Source of the DNA: a virus
Taxonomy: Duplodnaviria > Caudoviricetes
Length of the DNA: 41,713 nt
Strand: one strand, 5' to 3'
IMG/VR virus record: IMGVR_UViG_3300037601_000123
Span: 1 to 41,713 of that record
Under the pieces are notes generated by a model, which searched no databases, had not been told where the DNA came from, and worked only from the letters and a program-made list of their open reading frames with translations. Of this stretch, positions 1 to 8,739 are shown in pieces. The translations under genes were made by a program, and so were the position numbers. Within the stretch, counting starts at the first letter, position 1, and each line of letters starts with the position of its first letter.

Positions 1-312
1 ATGTCCGCACGTATCTACCGCCCCGCCCGCAACGCCATGCAGTCCGGCACGGCCAAGACGCGCGACTGGGTGTTGGAATTCGTCTCCGACACCGCGCGCG
101 AGGTCGATCCGCTGATGGGCTGGACCTCGAACGAGGATACTCAGGCCCAGGTCCGCCTGCGCTTCCCGACGAAAGAGGCTGCGCTGGATTACGCCAAGGA
201 TCACGGCATCGACGCCGTGGTGACCGAACCCCACGTCCGCAAACCGAACGTGCGGCCCGGCGGCTATGGCGACAACTTCGCCACCAACCGCCGCCAGGTC
301 TGGACCCACTGA
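1..312 (+). CDS. ETC complex I subunit (NDUFS4-like) protein, host gene
   Basis: [14 protein letters not shown]...DPLMGWTS...[16 protein letters not shown] matches this conserved alphaproteobacterial family. Confidence 0.9.
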   Translation: MSARIYRPARNAMQSGTAKTRDWVLEFVSDTAREVDPLMGWTSNEDTQAQVRLRFPTKEAALDYAKDHGIDAVVTEPHVRKPNVRPGGYGDNFATNRRQVWTH

Positions 313-415
313 CCCCTCCTTCTTCCGGTCGGAAATATTTCGAGGGTGCGGGGGCTGGCCGCCGCTGGCACTCCGCTTGCCAAACACCCGCAAATGCCAC
401 AAAACCCCGAACAGC

Positions 416-492
416 GGTCCCTTAGCTCAACTGGATAGAGCAGCTGACTTCTAATCAGCAGGTTGAGGGTTCGAGTCCTTCAGGGATCGCCA
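416..492 (+). tRNA. tRNA-Arg (anticodon TCT); probable integration target (attL side)
   Basis: Full cloverleaf GGTCCCT/AGGGATC, GCTC/GAGC, GCTGA-CTTCTAA-TCAGC, GAGGG-TTCGAGT-CCTTC, encoded CCA; integrase stop is 8 bp downstream. Confidence 0.96.
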
Positions 493-500
493 CTATCAGG

Positions 501-1565
501 TTAAGTGTTTTTATTATCAATAGCTTGAGTGGTGGAAATTGTAAACTCCCTCGGGCGGTTTACAAAGAACACGTTCTGTCTCTGCGCGCGCTTGGTGTAT
601 TCTTCCACCTCCTGCAGCGTGACGTGGCCCACCCAGGATTGCATTCCGAGCACCGAAACGCCGCCTTCTGCGAGCTGGTTCATACGATACTTCCGCAATC
701 CGTGGGCGGTCAGCCCGACCAGACCCGCGTCGCGCGCGGCCTTAGAAAACCACTGGCTAAAAGCTTTGTGGGAGCGCGGTTTGCCGTGGATGGTGAGCAG
801 GAATACGAGCGCCTTCGCGTCGTCGGTCGATCGCAGCAGGTCCGCCCTCTGAGCCTCCAATCCGAATGCCGGTGCTGTCCAAGGTACGTAGGCGGTGACC
901 CCAGTCTTCCTTTGCCGGAAAGCTAAGATGCCGTTGGCCAGGACCATTTGCGGCCCGATCGTCACGACGTCTATACATCTTGCCCCTGTCCATTGCAGGA
1001 GCTCGGCCGCGGTTCGCTGCGGGCTGCCGATTGGCCAGTGGCTGCGAAATGTCTCCAAATCCTCCTTTGACCATTCTTTGTGCCCGTCGGTTTTTGGCAT
1101 CGGCTTGCGCGACACCCCCTCGGAGACGTTCATTCGCGTGTGGCCCTTAATTTTCCAGAATTCGGCCAACTTGCGCCAGGCCTTACGCCGCGATGATGCG
1201 ACGGCCGGGGTCAAGGGTTCCAGGTCGGCTTGTACGTCCTCCGGAGCGAGGTCGCGCATCATCGGCACGCCTGGCGCCGCCGCGGCCTGCTCCTTGATCT
1301 TCTCGACGTGGCGGCGGATCACCGGACGGTAGCTTTCGGATAGGCTTCGGTAGCTATTCGACCCGAGATATTCTTCGCATCCAGCGACGATGCTGCCCGA
1401 TATCGCTTTTCGGGGCTTCGGTGAGCCGTCTTTTGCCTCCTCGCGTTGCCAGGCGGCGATGAAGCGGGGGTGATCCTCGGGCACGTCATTCGGCAACGAC
1501 GCACGTGTCCGACGGTGGTACTTAAACACCTGGCCGTTTTTGCGGACGCGATGAACGTTCCTCAT
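501..1565 (-). CDS. int: Tyrosine integrase
   Basis: Catalytic motifs TGAR, HGLRK, WVGH...EEYT; start placed at the ATGA overlap with the xis stop. Confidence 0.93.
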   Translation of the reverse strand: MRNVHRVRKNGQVFKYHRRTRASLPNDVPEDHPRFIAAWQREEAKDGSPKPRKAISGSIVAGCEEYLGSNSYRSLSESYRPVIRRHVEKIKEQAAAAPGVPMMRDLAPEDVQADLEPLTPAVASSRRKAWRKLAEFWKIKGHTRMNVSEGVSRKPMPKTDGHKEWSKEDLETFRSHWPIGSPQRTAAELLQWTGARCIDVVTIGPQMVLANGILAFRQRKTGVTAYVPWTAPAFGLEAQRADLLRSTDDAKALVFLLTIHGKPRSHKAFSQWFSKAARDAGLVGLTAHGLRKYRMNQLAEGGVSVLGMQSWVGHVTLQEVEEYTKRAQRQNVFFVNRPREFTISTTQAIDNKNT

Positions 1566-1795
1566 TCTGACACTCTGCCGAATACGTTTTTGCACGAATC
1601 CCCGACCTCCTGCCTCTCATACGGCAGGGCGTCCGCGTAGGCGTCAAGGTCGGTGCGATCATAGACACGCTTCGCGCCGAGCTCTTTGCGCGGGAGGTCG
1701 AGGGTTCTGAGCATGGATTCCGACACGCCAAGATACCGCGCCGCCAAAGGCGCAGGTAGGAGGCGAGGAGCAAATTCCATGCGCGGCGCTCCCAT
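1562..1795 (-). CDS. Excisionase-like HTH protein
   Basis: AARYLGVSES...RVYDRTDLDAY pattern, coupled to int, GAGGAG RBS. Confidence 0.75.
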   Translation of the reverse strand: MGAPRMEFAPRLLPAPLAARYLGVSESMLRTLDLPRKELGAKRVYDRTDLDAYADALPYERQEVGDSCKNVFGRVSE

Positions 1796-1798
1796 GCT

Positions 1799-2086
1799 TC
1801 AGCTCCTCGCCGCCAATGCGGCCGCGCGTCGCGCTCGGCACTTCATCGCGAGCTCGCGCATGGTGATCTCGACGGCGCCGTGGTCGACTGCGATCCGCCG
1901 CTTGGCCAGGCTGATGTCAAAATGCTCGTCGGCGGATCCGGCCTTCTGGATCCAGCGTCGGTCCAGCCCGATCTGGTCGGCCATCTCGAGCAGCTCCTCG
2001 GTGCTGTCCGCGATCATGTGCGACATTTTCATGCCGCGGTACTGGCCCAGAGGGGTCTGGTACATATCGTCGACGTAGACGGTCAT
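1799..2086 (-). CDS. DUF4031 family protein
   Basis: MTVYVDD...MSHMIADSTEEL...IGLDRRWIQ...HFDI...AVDHGAV signature. Confidence 0.8.
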   Translation of the reverse strand: MTVYVDDMYQTPLGQYRGMKMSHMIADSTEELLEMADQIGLDRRWIQKAGSADEHFDISLAKRRIAVDHGAVEITMRELAMKCRARRAAALAARS

Positions 2087-2304
2087 TTTGATGCCTCCGT
2101 TCGCCCGCCTCTTGCCTCCCGCTCGACACCTTCCAGCGCCTCGACGGTGTCCTGGTAAATGCTGGCGTACATTCCCTGTTCGCGATCGCGGAGGTCGCGG
2201 TACAGGGTCAGGCGGCCGGACAGGTGCTCCAATCCGAATGTTTCCGACCAGGCGCGCATCGTCAGGGTCACGGTGCCGTCATCGTTGAGGGTGGCTGTGG
2301 TCAT
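2083..2304 (-). CDS. Hypothetical phage protein
   Basis: ATGA-coupled at both ends, RBS present. Confidence 0.6.
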   Translation of the reverse strand: MTTATLNDDGTVTLTMRAWSETFGLEHLSGRLTLYRDLRDREQGMYASIYQDTVEALEGVEREARGGRTEASK

Positions 2305-2444
2305 GCCGCCGTCTCCTCCGCGGCGCGTCGCTCCGTGAACACTACGTTCTGACATGGGCAGTATTCGTCGGACCCCCGGCATGGGCATTTCTCGCCCCGT
2401 GCTTTCTGCTGTGCGGGAGTCGGGATTTTGGGATCAGTCGTCAT
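2301..2444 (-). CDS. 47-aa Cys-rich microprotein (not in ORF track)
   Basis: MTTDPKIPTPAQQKARGEKCPCRGSDEYCPCQNVVFTERRAAEETAA; fills the gap and its stop overlaps the next ATG. Confidence 0.6.
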   Translation of the reverse strand: MTTDPKIPTPAQQKARGEKCPCRGSDEYCPCQNVVFTERRAAEETAA

Positions 2445-2467
2445 GCCCTTGGAGCCTCCGGTTTGGT

Positions 2468-2683
2468 TCACTCTTCACCCCAATAGGACACGTCGCTCTC
2501 TGCGCACGCCTCGGGGCCTTCGTCGCGGTAGAGGGGATCGGCGAAGTACGACCGCGCCACCTCCTTGCAGTAGTCATCGACCTGAACCCCGTCATCGAAC
2601 GTCTTGAACCCGGCCAGGCGCTTCGCCTCGGCCGTGAACCGTCGGATGAACTCGTCCTGGGTGATCGAGGCGCCTTCAGACAT
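2468..2683 (-). CDS. Hypothetical phage protein
   Basis: MSEGASIT..., overlaps upstream gene stop in the operon. Confidence 0.6.
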   Translation of the reverse strand: MSEGASITQDEFIRRFTAEAKRLAGFKTFDDGVQVDDYCKEVARSYFADPLYRDEGPEACAESDVSYWGEE

Positions 2684-3101
2684 CGGCCTTCTCACGGCCC
2701 TCGGCTCGGTCCAACCGGTCAATCTCGGCCGCGATCAGAGCGCCCGCGATCACCAGTTTCCTGCGCCGATCCATCTGATCGCGCTTGTCCCAGCTTTTGT
2801 CCCATTCCGCCGGCCACGGATCTTCGAAGAGGAAGTGATCTTCGGCGCTTTCCTGCGTGAATAGTCGGAACGGGGTTGCATAGAGTGCGGCAACTAGCGC
2901 GAGGGTTTCGTCGGTGTGCTGGTCGTCATGCTCTGGCGTCCAGCCTTCCTCGGTCTCCTGACGCTCACGCTCCCGCAGGATGGCCATGACACCAGGTGAA
3001 TAGTCGGCTGGGTCGATCCAGCCAGCGTCTGCCGCGTGATCGGCCCAGCTGTCATAGTCGGCGTCGGCGGGGTTCTCGTCTCCCCATCCTTCGAGGCTCA
3101 T
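2676..3101 (-). CDS. Conserved phage hypothetical protein
   Basis: ERERQ..EEGWTPEHDD...WP..W...RRKLVIAGALIAAEIDRLDR motif common in temperate phages. Confidence 0.75.
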   Translation of the reverse strand: MSLEGWGDENPADADYDSWADHAADAGWIDPADYSPGVMAILRERERQETEEGWTPEHDDQHTDETLALVAALYATPFRLFTQESAEDHFLFEDPWPAEWDKSWDKRDQMDRRRKLVIAGALIAAEIDRLDRAEGREKADV

Positions 3102-3376
3102 GTCGGTTCTCCTTCATGTCTGCAGTTCTGCCAGAGGTCATAGAGGCCGAGACGGACCATCATTCCCCGGACGGCGTCCCGCATTGCGCGAGCTTCGTCT
3201 GGCGTGGTCAGGGCGTGCTTGTCGGCGGCGGCGTACTCCGCATCGGCCGCGTCGAAGATGCCGCGAACATCGATCGTCGCAGGTCCGCAATTCATCGTGC
3301 ACTCGCCATCCTCGCAGTCGGGGCAGGGACCGGTGCGGTAACTTCCGCAGGTGTGGCAAAGCATGGTCGTCTCCAA
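3098..3376 (-). CDS. Cys-rich (Zn-finger-like) hypothetical protein
   Basis: CHTC...CPDC...C...C; ATGA coupling; start uncertain. Confidence 0.55.
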   Translation of the reverse strand: METTMLCHTCGSYRTGPCPDCEDGECTMNCGPATIDVRGIFDAADAEYAAADKHALTTPDEARAMRDAVRGMMVRLGLYDLWQNCRHEGEPT

Positions 3377-3406
3377 TCTGGGCTGCGTGTCCGGGCGGTT
3401 GGTGGA

Positions 3407-3577
3407 TTACTTGATAACGACGGCTTCTGCCGGGAAAGCCGGTGACTTCATGTCGGGATCCATCGGGTAAACGAAATCGACCTCTTGCACTGGACGGCCA
3501 CTATCGAGTTGAACCAGCATGTCGCCGTTCTGATCGAGCAGGTCTTCAAGCTGAGAAATCAGTTCTGACAGGTGCAT
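3407..3577 (-). CDS. Hypothetical phage protein
   Basis: MHLSELISQLEDLLDQNGDMLV with GGAGG RBS. Confidence 0.6.
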   Translation of the reverse strand: MHLSELISQLEDLLDQNGDMLVQLDSGRPVQEVDFVYPMDPDMKSPAFPAEAVVIK

Positions 3578-3602
3578 CAAGGCCTCCGGGCGGTTGGTGG
3601 GG

Positions 3603-3953
3603 TTAGGCTTCGACGTCTTCGTCTTCTGGCCAGGGTTCGTCGTCCTCTTCATCGAGGTGGTGTTCGATCTGGCTTTCGGGCTTAAACGTGACCGGACGGG
3701 GCGGACGTGGATCCTTGTTCGCCCAATGCGCCTTAGCGACCTCTTCGGAGATCGGGCGGAGCGAATAGATCGAGGACGCGCCGTAGTATTCTGTGGCGTA
3801 GTCTTCACCCTCTGTCGGAATGTCGATCCGGAGCATAAGCCCGCCTGCGATATCTTCCTCGCGAGCCCGGCCGATGCGCTGGCGGTGGCCCATGAGTTCC
3901 AGCATGACCCAACCGAATTCGCGAGGGTTTCTGGTGTCTTCTGTCGTCGTCAT
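3603..3953 (-). CDS. Conserved phage hypothetical protein
   Basis: WVMLELMGH...G...LRIDIP...TEYYGASSIYSLRP motif; RBS. Confidence 0.7.
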   Translation of the reverse strand: MTTTEDTRNPREFGWVMLELMGHRQRIGRAREEDIAGGLMLRIDIPTEGEDYATEYYGASSIYSLRPISEEVAKAHWANKDPRPPRPVTFKPESQIEHHLDEEDDEPWPEDEDVEA

Positions 3954-3962
3954 TGGTCTCTC

Positions 3963-4193
3963 CTATTGTTCGCGCGTCGCGGCTTTCCCGATCACGGCAA
4001 CGGCATCGTGCGCTAATTTCAGTGTGGCATGAGATCGGCGCAGCCGGTCGATCAGCTCGTCAAGGGTGCCGGGCCCTGCCTCACAGGCGAGCATGGCGGC
4101 GGCGTCGATCAAGAGGGCTGCCGCATCAACGGGGCGCGGCTCTACAGCACAAGCTGCCGCAGCCAACGCATTCATTTGCTCTGGATGGTTCAT
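3963..4193 (-). CDS. Hypothetical phage protein
   Basis: ATGA-coupled to upstream gene. Confidence 0.55.
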   Translation of the reverse strand: MNHPEQMNALAAAACAVEPRPVDAAALLIDAAAMLACEAGPGTLDELIDRLRRSHATLKLAHDAVAVIGKAATREQ

Positions 4194-4918
4194 GCCCCCT
4201 CCACCTGGTCGATGTTGCGCTTGTGGACGTCGAAGGTGACGGCGACGATCCACGGGTTCTCGGACCACGGGGCGCGCTTGGCGTTGAGGCTGTCCCAGAG
4301 GGCTGCGAAGTCAGATCGGAGTGACATTGCTGCTTGTCTCGGAACGTCTTGCATCGAAACCGCTTCTACGCCCTCGGCCCGCGCGTCCGCCTCGCTGATG
4401 TCCTGGAGCCGCTGCACGCGGACGTCGGTGACGGTCAGGGTCAGGCGAGACAGCGGGCGGGGCATGTGCATTGCCTGCCGATACCGGCCAGGTTCATCGC
4501 CGATGCCTGGCCAATCGGAATTGGACCACGCGAGACGCGCTCCGTCGGCCTCGAAATGGATCGGGCACCATCCCCGCCGGTAGCCTGCTTCTTGACTGCG
4601 CCCGATGATGCTGGAGGGCGAGATTGCGTCGAGGCTCGGTGTCGTGCGCCACGCCTCCCGAACCCAAAGCCGGTCGCCTATCCCGTGGCGGATCGTCGGA
4701 AAGGGCGATAGGCTGTGAAAAGAGGCAGGGAACCCGTAGCAGGGCTTCCCGTCCGCACCGACAGCCTCAAAGTACGGCGGATCGGAAAAAACGCGTTGAA
4801 ACCCGACAACTTTGGCAGAGGGCTGCGGCTTTAACACCCGCCGCGTCTGCGTCTTGCGCCCGTCAAGGAGCGCCCGGACCATCGGGCCGGAGAAGAGGAT
4901 AGGGCGGTCGGTCATCAT
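4190..4918 (-). CDS. ASCH/PUA-like phage protein
   Basis: RPILFSGPMVRALLDGRKTQTRR...GDRLWVRE...HMPR..SRLTL.VTDVRVQRLQDISE.DA.AEG...NPWIVAVTF. Confidence 0.8.
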   Translation of the reverse strand: MMTDRPILFSGPMVRALLDGRKTQTRRVLKPQPSAKVVGFQRVFSDPPYFEAVGADGKPCYGFPASFHSLSPFPTIRHGIGDRLWVREAWRTTPSLDAISPSSIIGRSQEAGYRRGWCPIHFEADGARLAWSNSDWPGIGDEPGRYRQAMHMPRPLSRLTLTVTDVRVQRLQDISEADARAEGVEAVSMQDVPRQAAMSLRSDFAALWDSLNAKRAPWSENPWIVAVTFDVHKRNIDQVEGA

Positions 4919-5250
4919 CCATCCCTCCGCGCCAGAGCCGCCAGAACCGCGCCGATGATGCTGGCGGGCATCTTCTGACCCATGACCTCCACCTCGCCCA
5001 GGCTCTTGCTCAGATCCGCGACGGTGGCGCCATGCTGCAGCGCAATGCTGATTATGATGCAGGTATCCTGGATACTGGCCTGCAGCTGCGTTCCGGTCTT
5101 CATCCCGTCCGAGTAGAAGACCTCGGCCAGACGCCCGGTCGCCGGGTCGAAGCCCGCCGTGATGTCAAAATCGAACTGGCCGGTCTCCGTCTGCCAGGTA
5201 ACGCTGATCGTCTCGGACGGGCGGCGGGAGGGGAGGGGTGTGCGGGTCAT
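4915..5250 (-). CDS. Stand-alone TSCPD (NrdJ C-terminal-like) domain protein
   Basis: LPSRRPSET...GRLAEVF...IIISIALQHGA...PASIIGAVL. Confidence 0.65.
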   Translation of the reverse strand: MTRTPLPSRRPSETISVTWQTETGQFDFDITAGFDPATGRLAEVFYSDGMKTGTQLQASIQDTCIIISIALQHGATVADLSKSLGEVEVMGQKMPASIIGAVLAALARRDG

Positions 5251-5507
5251 GATCGCCGCGCCCCGAGTGGAAGTCCGGCAGCCTCGTACCTCTCAAGGAT
5301 CCGCTTGCCGAAGGATGTCAACTCGTTATGGGCAGAAACCGACTCCAGGTCAGTGCATCCGAAGCCCTGATAGAACCCAGCACTCGCGCCCGCCATGAAG
5401 GCATCCTCGGCCTCAAGACGCTGGCGGTCGGGCAACTCGGTCGGGTCCGCGACGCCATATTGCGCGGCGCAGAAGCTGCGGAACCTGTCTGCGAAGAAAG
5501 TGGTCAT
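5247..5507 (-). CDS. Hypothetical phage protein
   Basis: Q..E.EDAFMAGA motif; ATGA coupling at both ends. Confidence 0.6.
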   Translation of the reverse strand: MTTFFADRFRSFCAAQYGVADPTELPDRQRLEAEDAFMAGASAGFYQGFGCTDLESVSAHNELTSFGKRILERYEAAGLPLGARRS

Positions 5508-6154
5508 GCGGCGATCTCCTGCATGGCGGCGGTGCCCCATTGGTCGGCCATCGCCGCCGCCAGGCCGGGGAAAAAACGGCTGCGGATGCGGGCACGATCG
5601 GGGCCGGGACTGGCGTGGTGAACCTCCGGACGGGCAGTAGCCCCGTCCAGCGTCCCGGTCGGTCTCAGGTTCGGCAGGTTGCGGAGCCAGAAGCAGGTGC
5701 GTTTTTTCACATTGTCCGGGCCGTCAGGATCGCTGCCGAACTGCCAGGGCTGCACGCTCTGGGAATGCGGCCGGAAATTCCTGATCCGCGCCTTCGCGTG
5801 GCGGTGCATCACCGGGTTCTCGATCGCGACGCGCGGGATCGGCGCGTTCCAGCAGTCGGAGAACAGGGCTGCGCCTTCCTCCAGCTCATCCCACATTTCG
5901 TCGCGGGTCCTGCCAGGGGGCGGCGTGTGCAGCCAGCGGACGCCCGAGTTTGTCAGGCGCGTGCAGGGCGGATGCATGACGGTCAGCAGATCCCAACCGT
6001 CGCCAAGCAGATCTCGCACATCGCCGCGGATATGTCGGTTCGAGCCGTCGTCTGCCGCCTCGATGTCGCAAGACCAGGCGTCGAAGCCGAGGGCGAGGAA
6101 GGCGTTGCGGACGATGCCGCTTCGCTCACAGCCGATGAGGACGCGGGCGGTCAC
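5504..6154 (-). CDS. Putative short C5-cytosine DNA methyltransferase-like protein
   Basis: VLIGCERSGIVRNAF...WSCDI (SAM-binding), HPPCT (catalytic PC), IENP, RSRFFPGLAAAMADQW. Confidence 0.75.
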   Translation of the reverse strand: MTARVLIGCERSGIVRNAFLALGFDAWSCDIEAADDGSNRHIRGDVRDLLGDGWDLLTVMHPPCTRLTNSGVRWLHTPPPGRTRDEMWDELEEGAALFSDCWNAPIPRVAIENPVMHRHAKARIRNFRPHSQSVQPWQFGSDPDGPDNVKKRTCFWLRNLPNLRPTGTLDGATARPEVHHASPGPDRARIRSRFFPGLAAAMADQWGTAAMQEIAA

Positions 6155-7005
6155 GCCACCTTCTCCCTCAGTCCCTTGTTGACCTCCTTCAGCAGAAGCT
6201 CGGCACCGCGCTGCGCCGTGCGGCCGCCGGTCAGCTTGACCAATTGAGTGGCCTGTTCCTTGAGCGTCGTGAAATCCGTGTCGCGTAGGATCGCATCCAG
6301 GCGGGCGAGATCCCGATTGGCCTCGATCATTCGGGCAATGACGACGGCTGTCGCCTCGATCGCAAAAGAGCTGAGGAGGTTGGGCTCCTCCGGCTGCGCG
6401 TCGATCATGGTCTCCAGCGTCGTGAAGACCACGCCCCGGTCGAACCTCTTCTGCAGCTTCTCCAGCGTGACGACGGCACGCGTCTCCTTCGGCTTAAGCG
6501 AGACGCCGGCAGCTACGTCCGTCGATATCCCGAGGTTGTCCAGCGCCTCGGCGACCTCGACGGCGTCCTTGTCCCCGGCCGCGACGCGCGCCCGGAATTT
6601 GTCGATCGACGCTACGGTCGTCCGAACGGTGTTGATCCCGACAAAATCCATGGCCTGGCTGGCAACGTCGCCGTGCCGCACGACGATCGCCGGGACCTCC
6701 TCCAGCGACAGCAGCATGGTCGCGATCGCGCGGTGCTGACCATCCACGATCGCCAGTTGCCCGGCATCGGTTTCGGATACGATGAGCGCGCCGAACCGTG
6801 ACCAGGTGAAGCCCTTCACGATCTTGATGATCCGGGACCGGCCTCTTTCGGAGATCCTGCGCTGATACTCCCGATCGATGGCCAGGTCATCGGTGCGGAT
6901 GAGGCGCAGGTCGGCGATTTCTTCCATCGGCTGCACCATGCCGCGCCATGTGTCGCGATCGATGACGGTATCGAAAAGGCTGATGTCGAGGGGTGCAAGG
7001 GTCAT
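6151..7005 (-). CDS. ParB/Srx-like (DUF6551-like) protein
   Basis: LAIDREYQR...F.WSRFGALIVS...IVDGQHR...VPAIV. Confidence 0.75.
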   Translation of the reverse strand: MTLAPLDISLFDTVIDRDTWRGMVQPMEEIADLRLIRTDDLAIDREYQRRISERGRSRIIKIVKGFTWSRFGALIVSETDAGQLAIVDGQHRAIATMLLSLEEVPAIVVRHGDVASQAMDFVGINTVRTTVASIDKFRARVAAGDKDAVEVAEALDNLGISTDVAAGVSLKPKETRAVVTLEKLQKRFDRGVVFTTLETMIDAQPEEPNLLSSFAIEATAVVIARMIEANRDLARLDAILRDTDFTTLKEQATQLVKLTGGRTAQRGAELLLKEVNKGLREKVA

Positions 7006-7124
7006 GGCGTATCCTTCGGTTCGGTCGCCCGCGCCACCCACGCCACGGCGGCAAGTGCCGCGAAGAACACGGCGACGATCGAGCCGAGGAGGATAACGGT
7101 CAGGGCGCGGTGGAGGGTGATCAT
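7002..7124 (-). CDS. 40-aa single-TM protein
   Basis: Hydrophobic helix; ATGA overlaps on both sides. Confidence 0.55.
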   Translation of the reverse strand: MITLHRALTVILLGSIVAVFFAALAAVAWVARATEPKDTP

Positions 7125-7360
7125 AGGACGTACAGAGCAGCACAAACCGCCCCCCAGATGATCAAGCCGCTGTACAGGACGATGAAGGCAACGCCTGCCC
7201 AACCGATGGTCATGCCGCGGTGCGGGATCGGAAAGGCGTCATCGTCGGCGCGGGGCGGTGCCTTCAATGCGGCCAGGCCGGGGCACTCAGGTCGCACGGT
7301 GCCGCCAGGGCAGTTGCAGGTGCCGCGCTCCCATTCCGGGCAATGAAATTTCTCGGTCAT
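7121..7360 (-). CDS. Small Cys-rich membrane protein
   Basis: N-terminal Cys cluster, C-terminal hydrophobic segment, ATGA coupling. Confidence 0.55.
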   Translation of the reverse strand: MTEKFHCPEWERGTCNCPGGTVRPECPGLAALKAPPRADDDAFPIPHRGMTIGWAGVAFIVLYSGLIIWGAVCAALYVL

Positions 7361-7650
7361 GCTGCTTCACCCTTCAGGACGGCGGCGTCGGCCGCGAGTT
7401 CGTCTGCGCTCCGGTGGCGGGTGGTTCTGAACCTGCCATCCGGTGCGTAGATGTTGCGCGCCTCATCCAGCGACAGACCGCCGTGGCCATCCTCCAGCCG
7501 CTTCGGCATGAACCGGAGCCGCGGGCCAAGCCCGTCGGCGCGCTTCAGGCGCAGGACGCCGTTGGTGCTTTTGACGTCGGGCCGGTAGGCAAACAGACAG
7601 GGCATCCAGCGCCCCGTCGGCGTCTCGGTCTCGGCGTAGTAACGGGCCAT
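7357..7650 (-). CDS. Hypothetical phage protein
   Basis: MARYYAETET... with AAGGAG RBS. Confidence 0.6.
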   Translation of the reverse strand: MARYYAETETPTGRWMPCLFAYRPDVKSTNGVLRLKRADGLGPRLRFMPKRLEDGHGGLSLDEARNIYAPDGRFRTTRHRSADELAADAAVLKGEAA

Positions 7651-7669
7651 CTTGGTCTCCTTTCGAAAT

Positions 7670-7697
7670 ACCGGGGGAGGAGCAGTCCTCCCCCGGT
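7670..7697 (-). terminator. Perfect 12-bp hairpin, possible terminator/attenuator in leftward operon
   Basis: ACCGGGGGAGGA-GCAG-TCCTCCCCCGGT, intergenic, short ATTT tail on the minus strand. Confidence 0.5.
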
Positions 7698-7987
7698 CAG
7701 TCGCCGCCTTGATTGGTAGAAGGCATCCCCTCCCAAGCGGGGATCGGCGGCTTATTCGGGGTCTGGTCTGCCCATCTTGCGTCACGCTCGGGCCAGTAGT
7801 GGTCTCGCGCCCAGGTGACCGCCTCTCGGACGATCTCGGCGACGGCTCTGCCCACGCGGCCGGTGCCGCCGCAGAAATTGCAGGACACAACCTGATCCAT
7901 GGCACCGGCGGCCCGAAGGTAATCCCGGCGCAGCGCACAGGCAGGGCAGTCTTCGCCATTTCCATGAAGCGTGATGTCAACCATCAC
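7697..7987 (-). CDS. Zn-finger-like hypothetical protein
   Basis: CPAC...CNFCGGTG. Confidence 0.55.
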   Translation of the reverse strand: MMVDITLHGNGEDCPACALRRDYLRAAGAMDQVVSCNFCGGTGRVGRAVAEIVREAVTWARDHYWPERDARWADQTPNKPPIPAWEGMPSTNQGGD

Positions 7988-8658
7988 GACATCCCCAGGG
8001 CTTCTTTGTACATCTCCAGCACCGCCTCTTCCTCGGCGATGTCGTCCTTGTCGCGCTTGCGCAGGGCCACAACTTTGCGCATGACCTTGGTGTCGTAGCC
8101 GCGCGCCTTGGCCTCGGCCATGACCTCTTTCTGCTGCTCCGCGATGTCCTTCTTTTCCGCTTCCAGCCGTTCGAACCGTTCGATGAACTGCCGCAGCTCG
8201 GAAGCGGTGACACGGTAGGTGGCGTCGTTGTGGTCGCGAAAATCAGGGTCGTTTTTCATCGGCGCGCGGCCCCGGCGGGCCTTCTCTTCCATCTTGTCAC
8301 GCGCCTCGGCGGCACCGGCCTCGAATGCAGGCAAAGACCGCAGGCCCTCAGCGATCGCCTTCAACAAGATCGGCGTCGCTTCTGGTCCCGCGATTTCCTC
8401 GTTTTCCTTTCGAATACGCAGAGCCTTGCGCAGCTCCTCCCTGCTGCGCACCTCGCGTTTCCCAACGTGGTTGGCCTTGGATACAATGCCCAATGCCTCC
8501 ATCCGCTCCACGATGCGGGCAGCCGCGTTGTAGCCGATACCCAATTTCCGCTGGACGAAAGACGTGGAGCATTTGCCCTCTGCCCAGACGAATTCCACGG
8601 CGAGAAGGAACTGCCGCTCCATCTCCTCCGAGATTTCAGTGCGCTTTTCGTCCAGCAT
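7984..8658 (-). CDS. FtsK-gamma domain fused to GapR (DUF2312) domain
   Basis: N-term STSFVQRKLGIGYNAAARIVERME..GIVS...GKREV; C-term ELRQFIERFERLEAEKKDIAEQQKEVMAEAKARGYDTKVMRKVVALRK...LEMYKEALGM. Confidence 0.88.
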   Translation of the reverse strand: MLDEKRTEISEEMERQFLLAVEFVWAEGKCSTSFVQRKLGIGYNAAARIVERMEALGIVSKANHVGKREVRSREELRKALRIRKENEEIAGPEATPILLKAIAEGLRSLPAFEAGAAEARDKMEEKARRGRAPMKNDPDFRDHNDATYRVTASELRQFIERFERLEAEKKDIAEQQKEVMAEAKARGYDTKVMRKVVALRKRDKDDIAEEEAVLEMYKEALGMS

Positions 8659-8739
8659 TTGTCTCTCCTCAGTGTTCAACGGAAGCGATTGGTGGAGCGC
8701 ACGTTCTTCCGGCGCCGTGGGCTTGGAGGGTCCTCGCCT

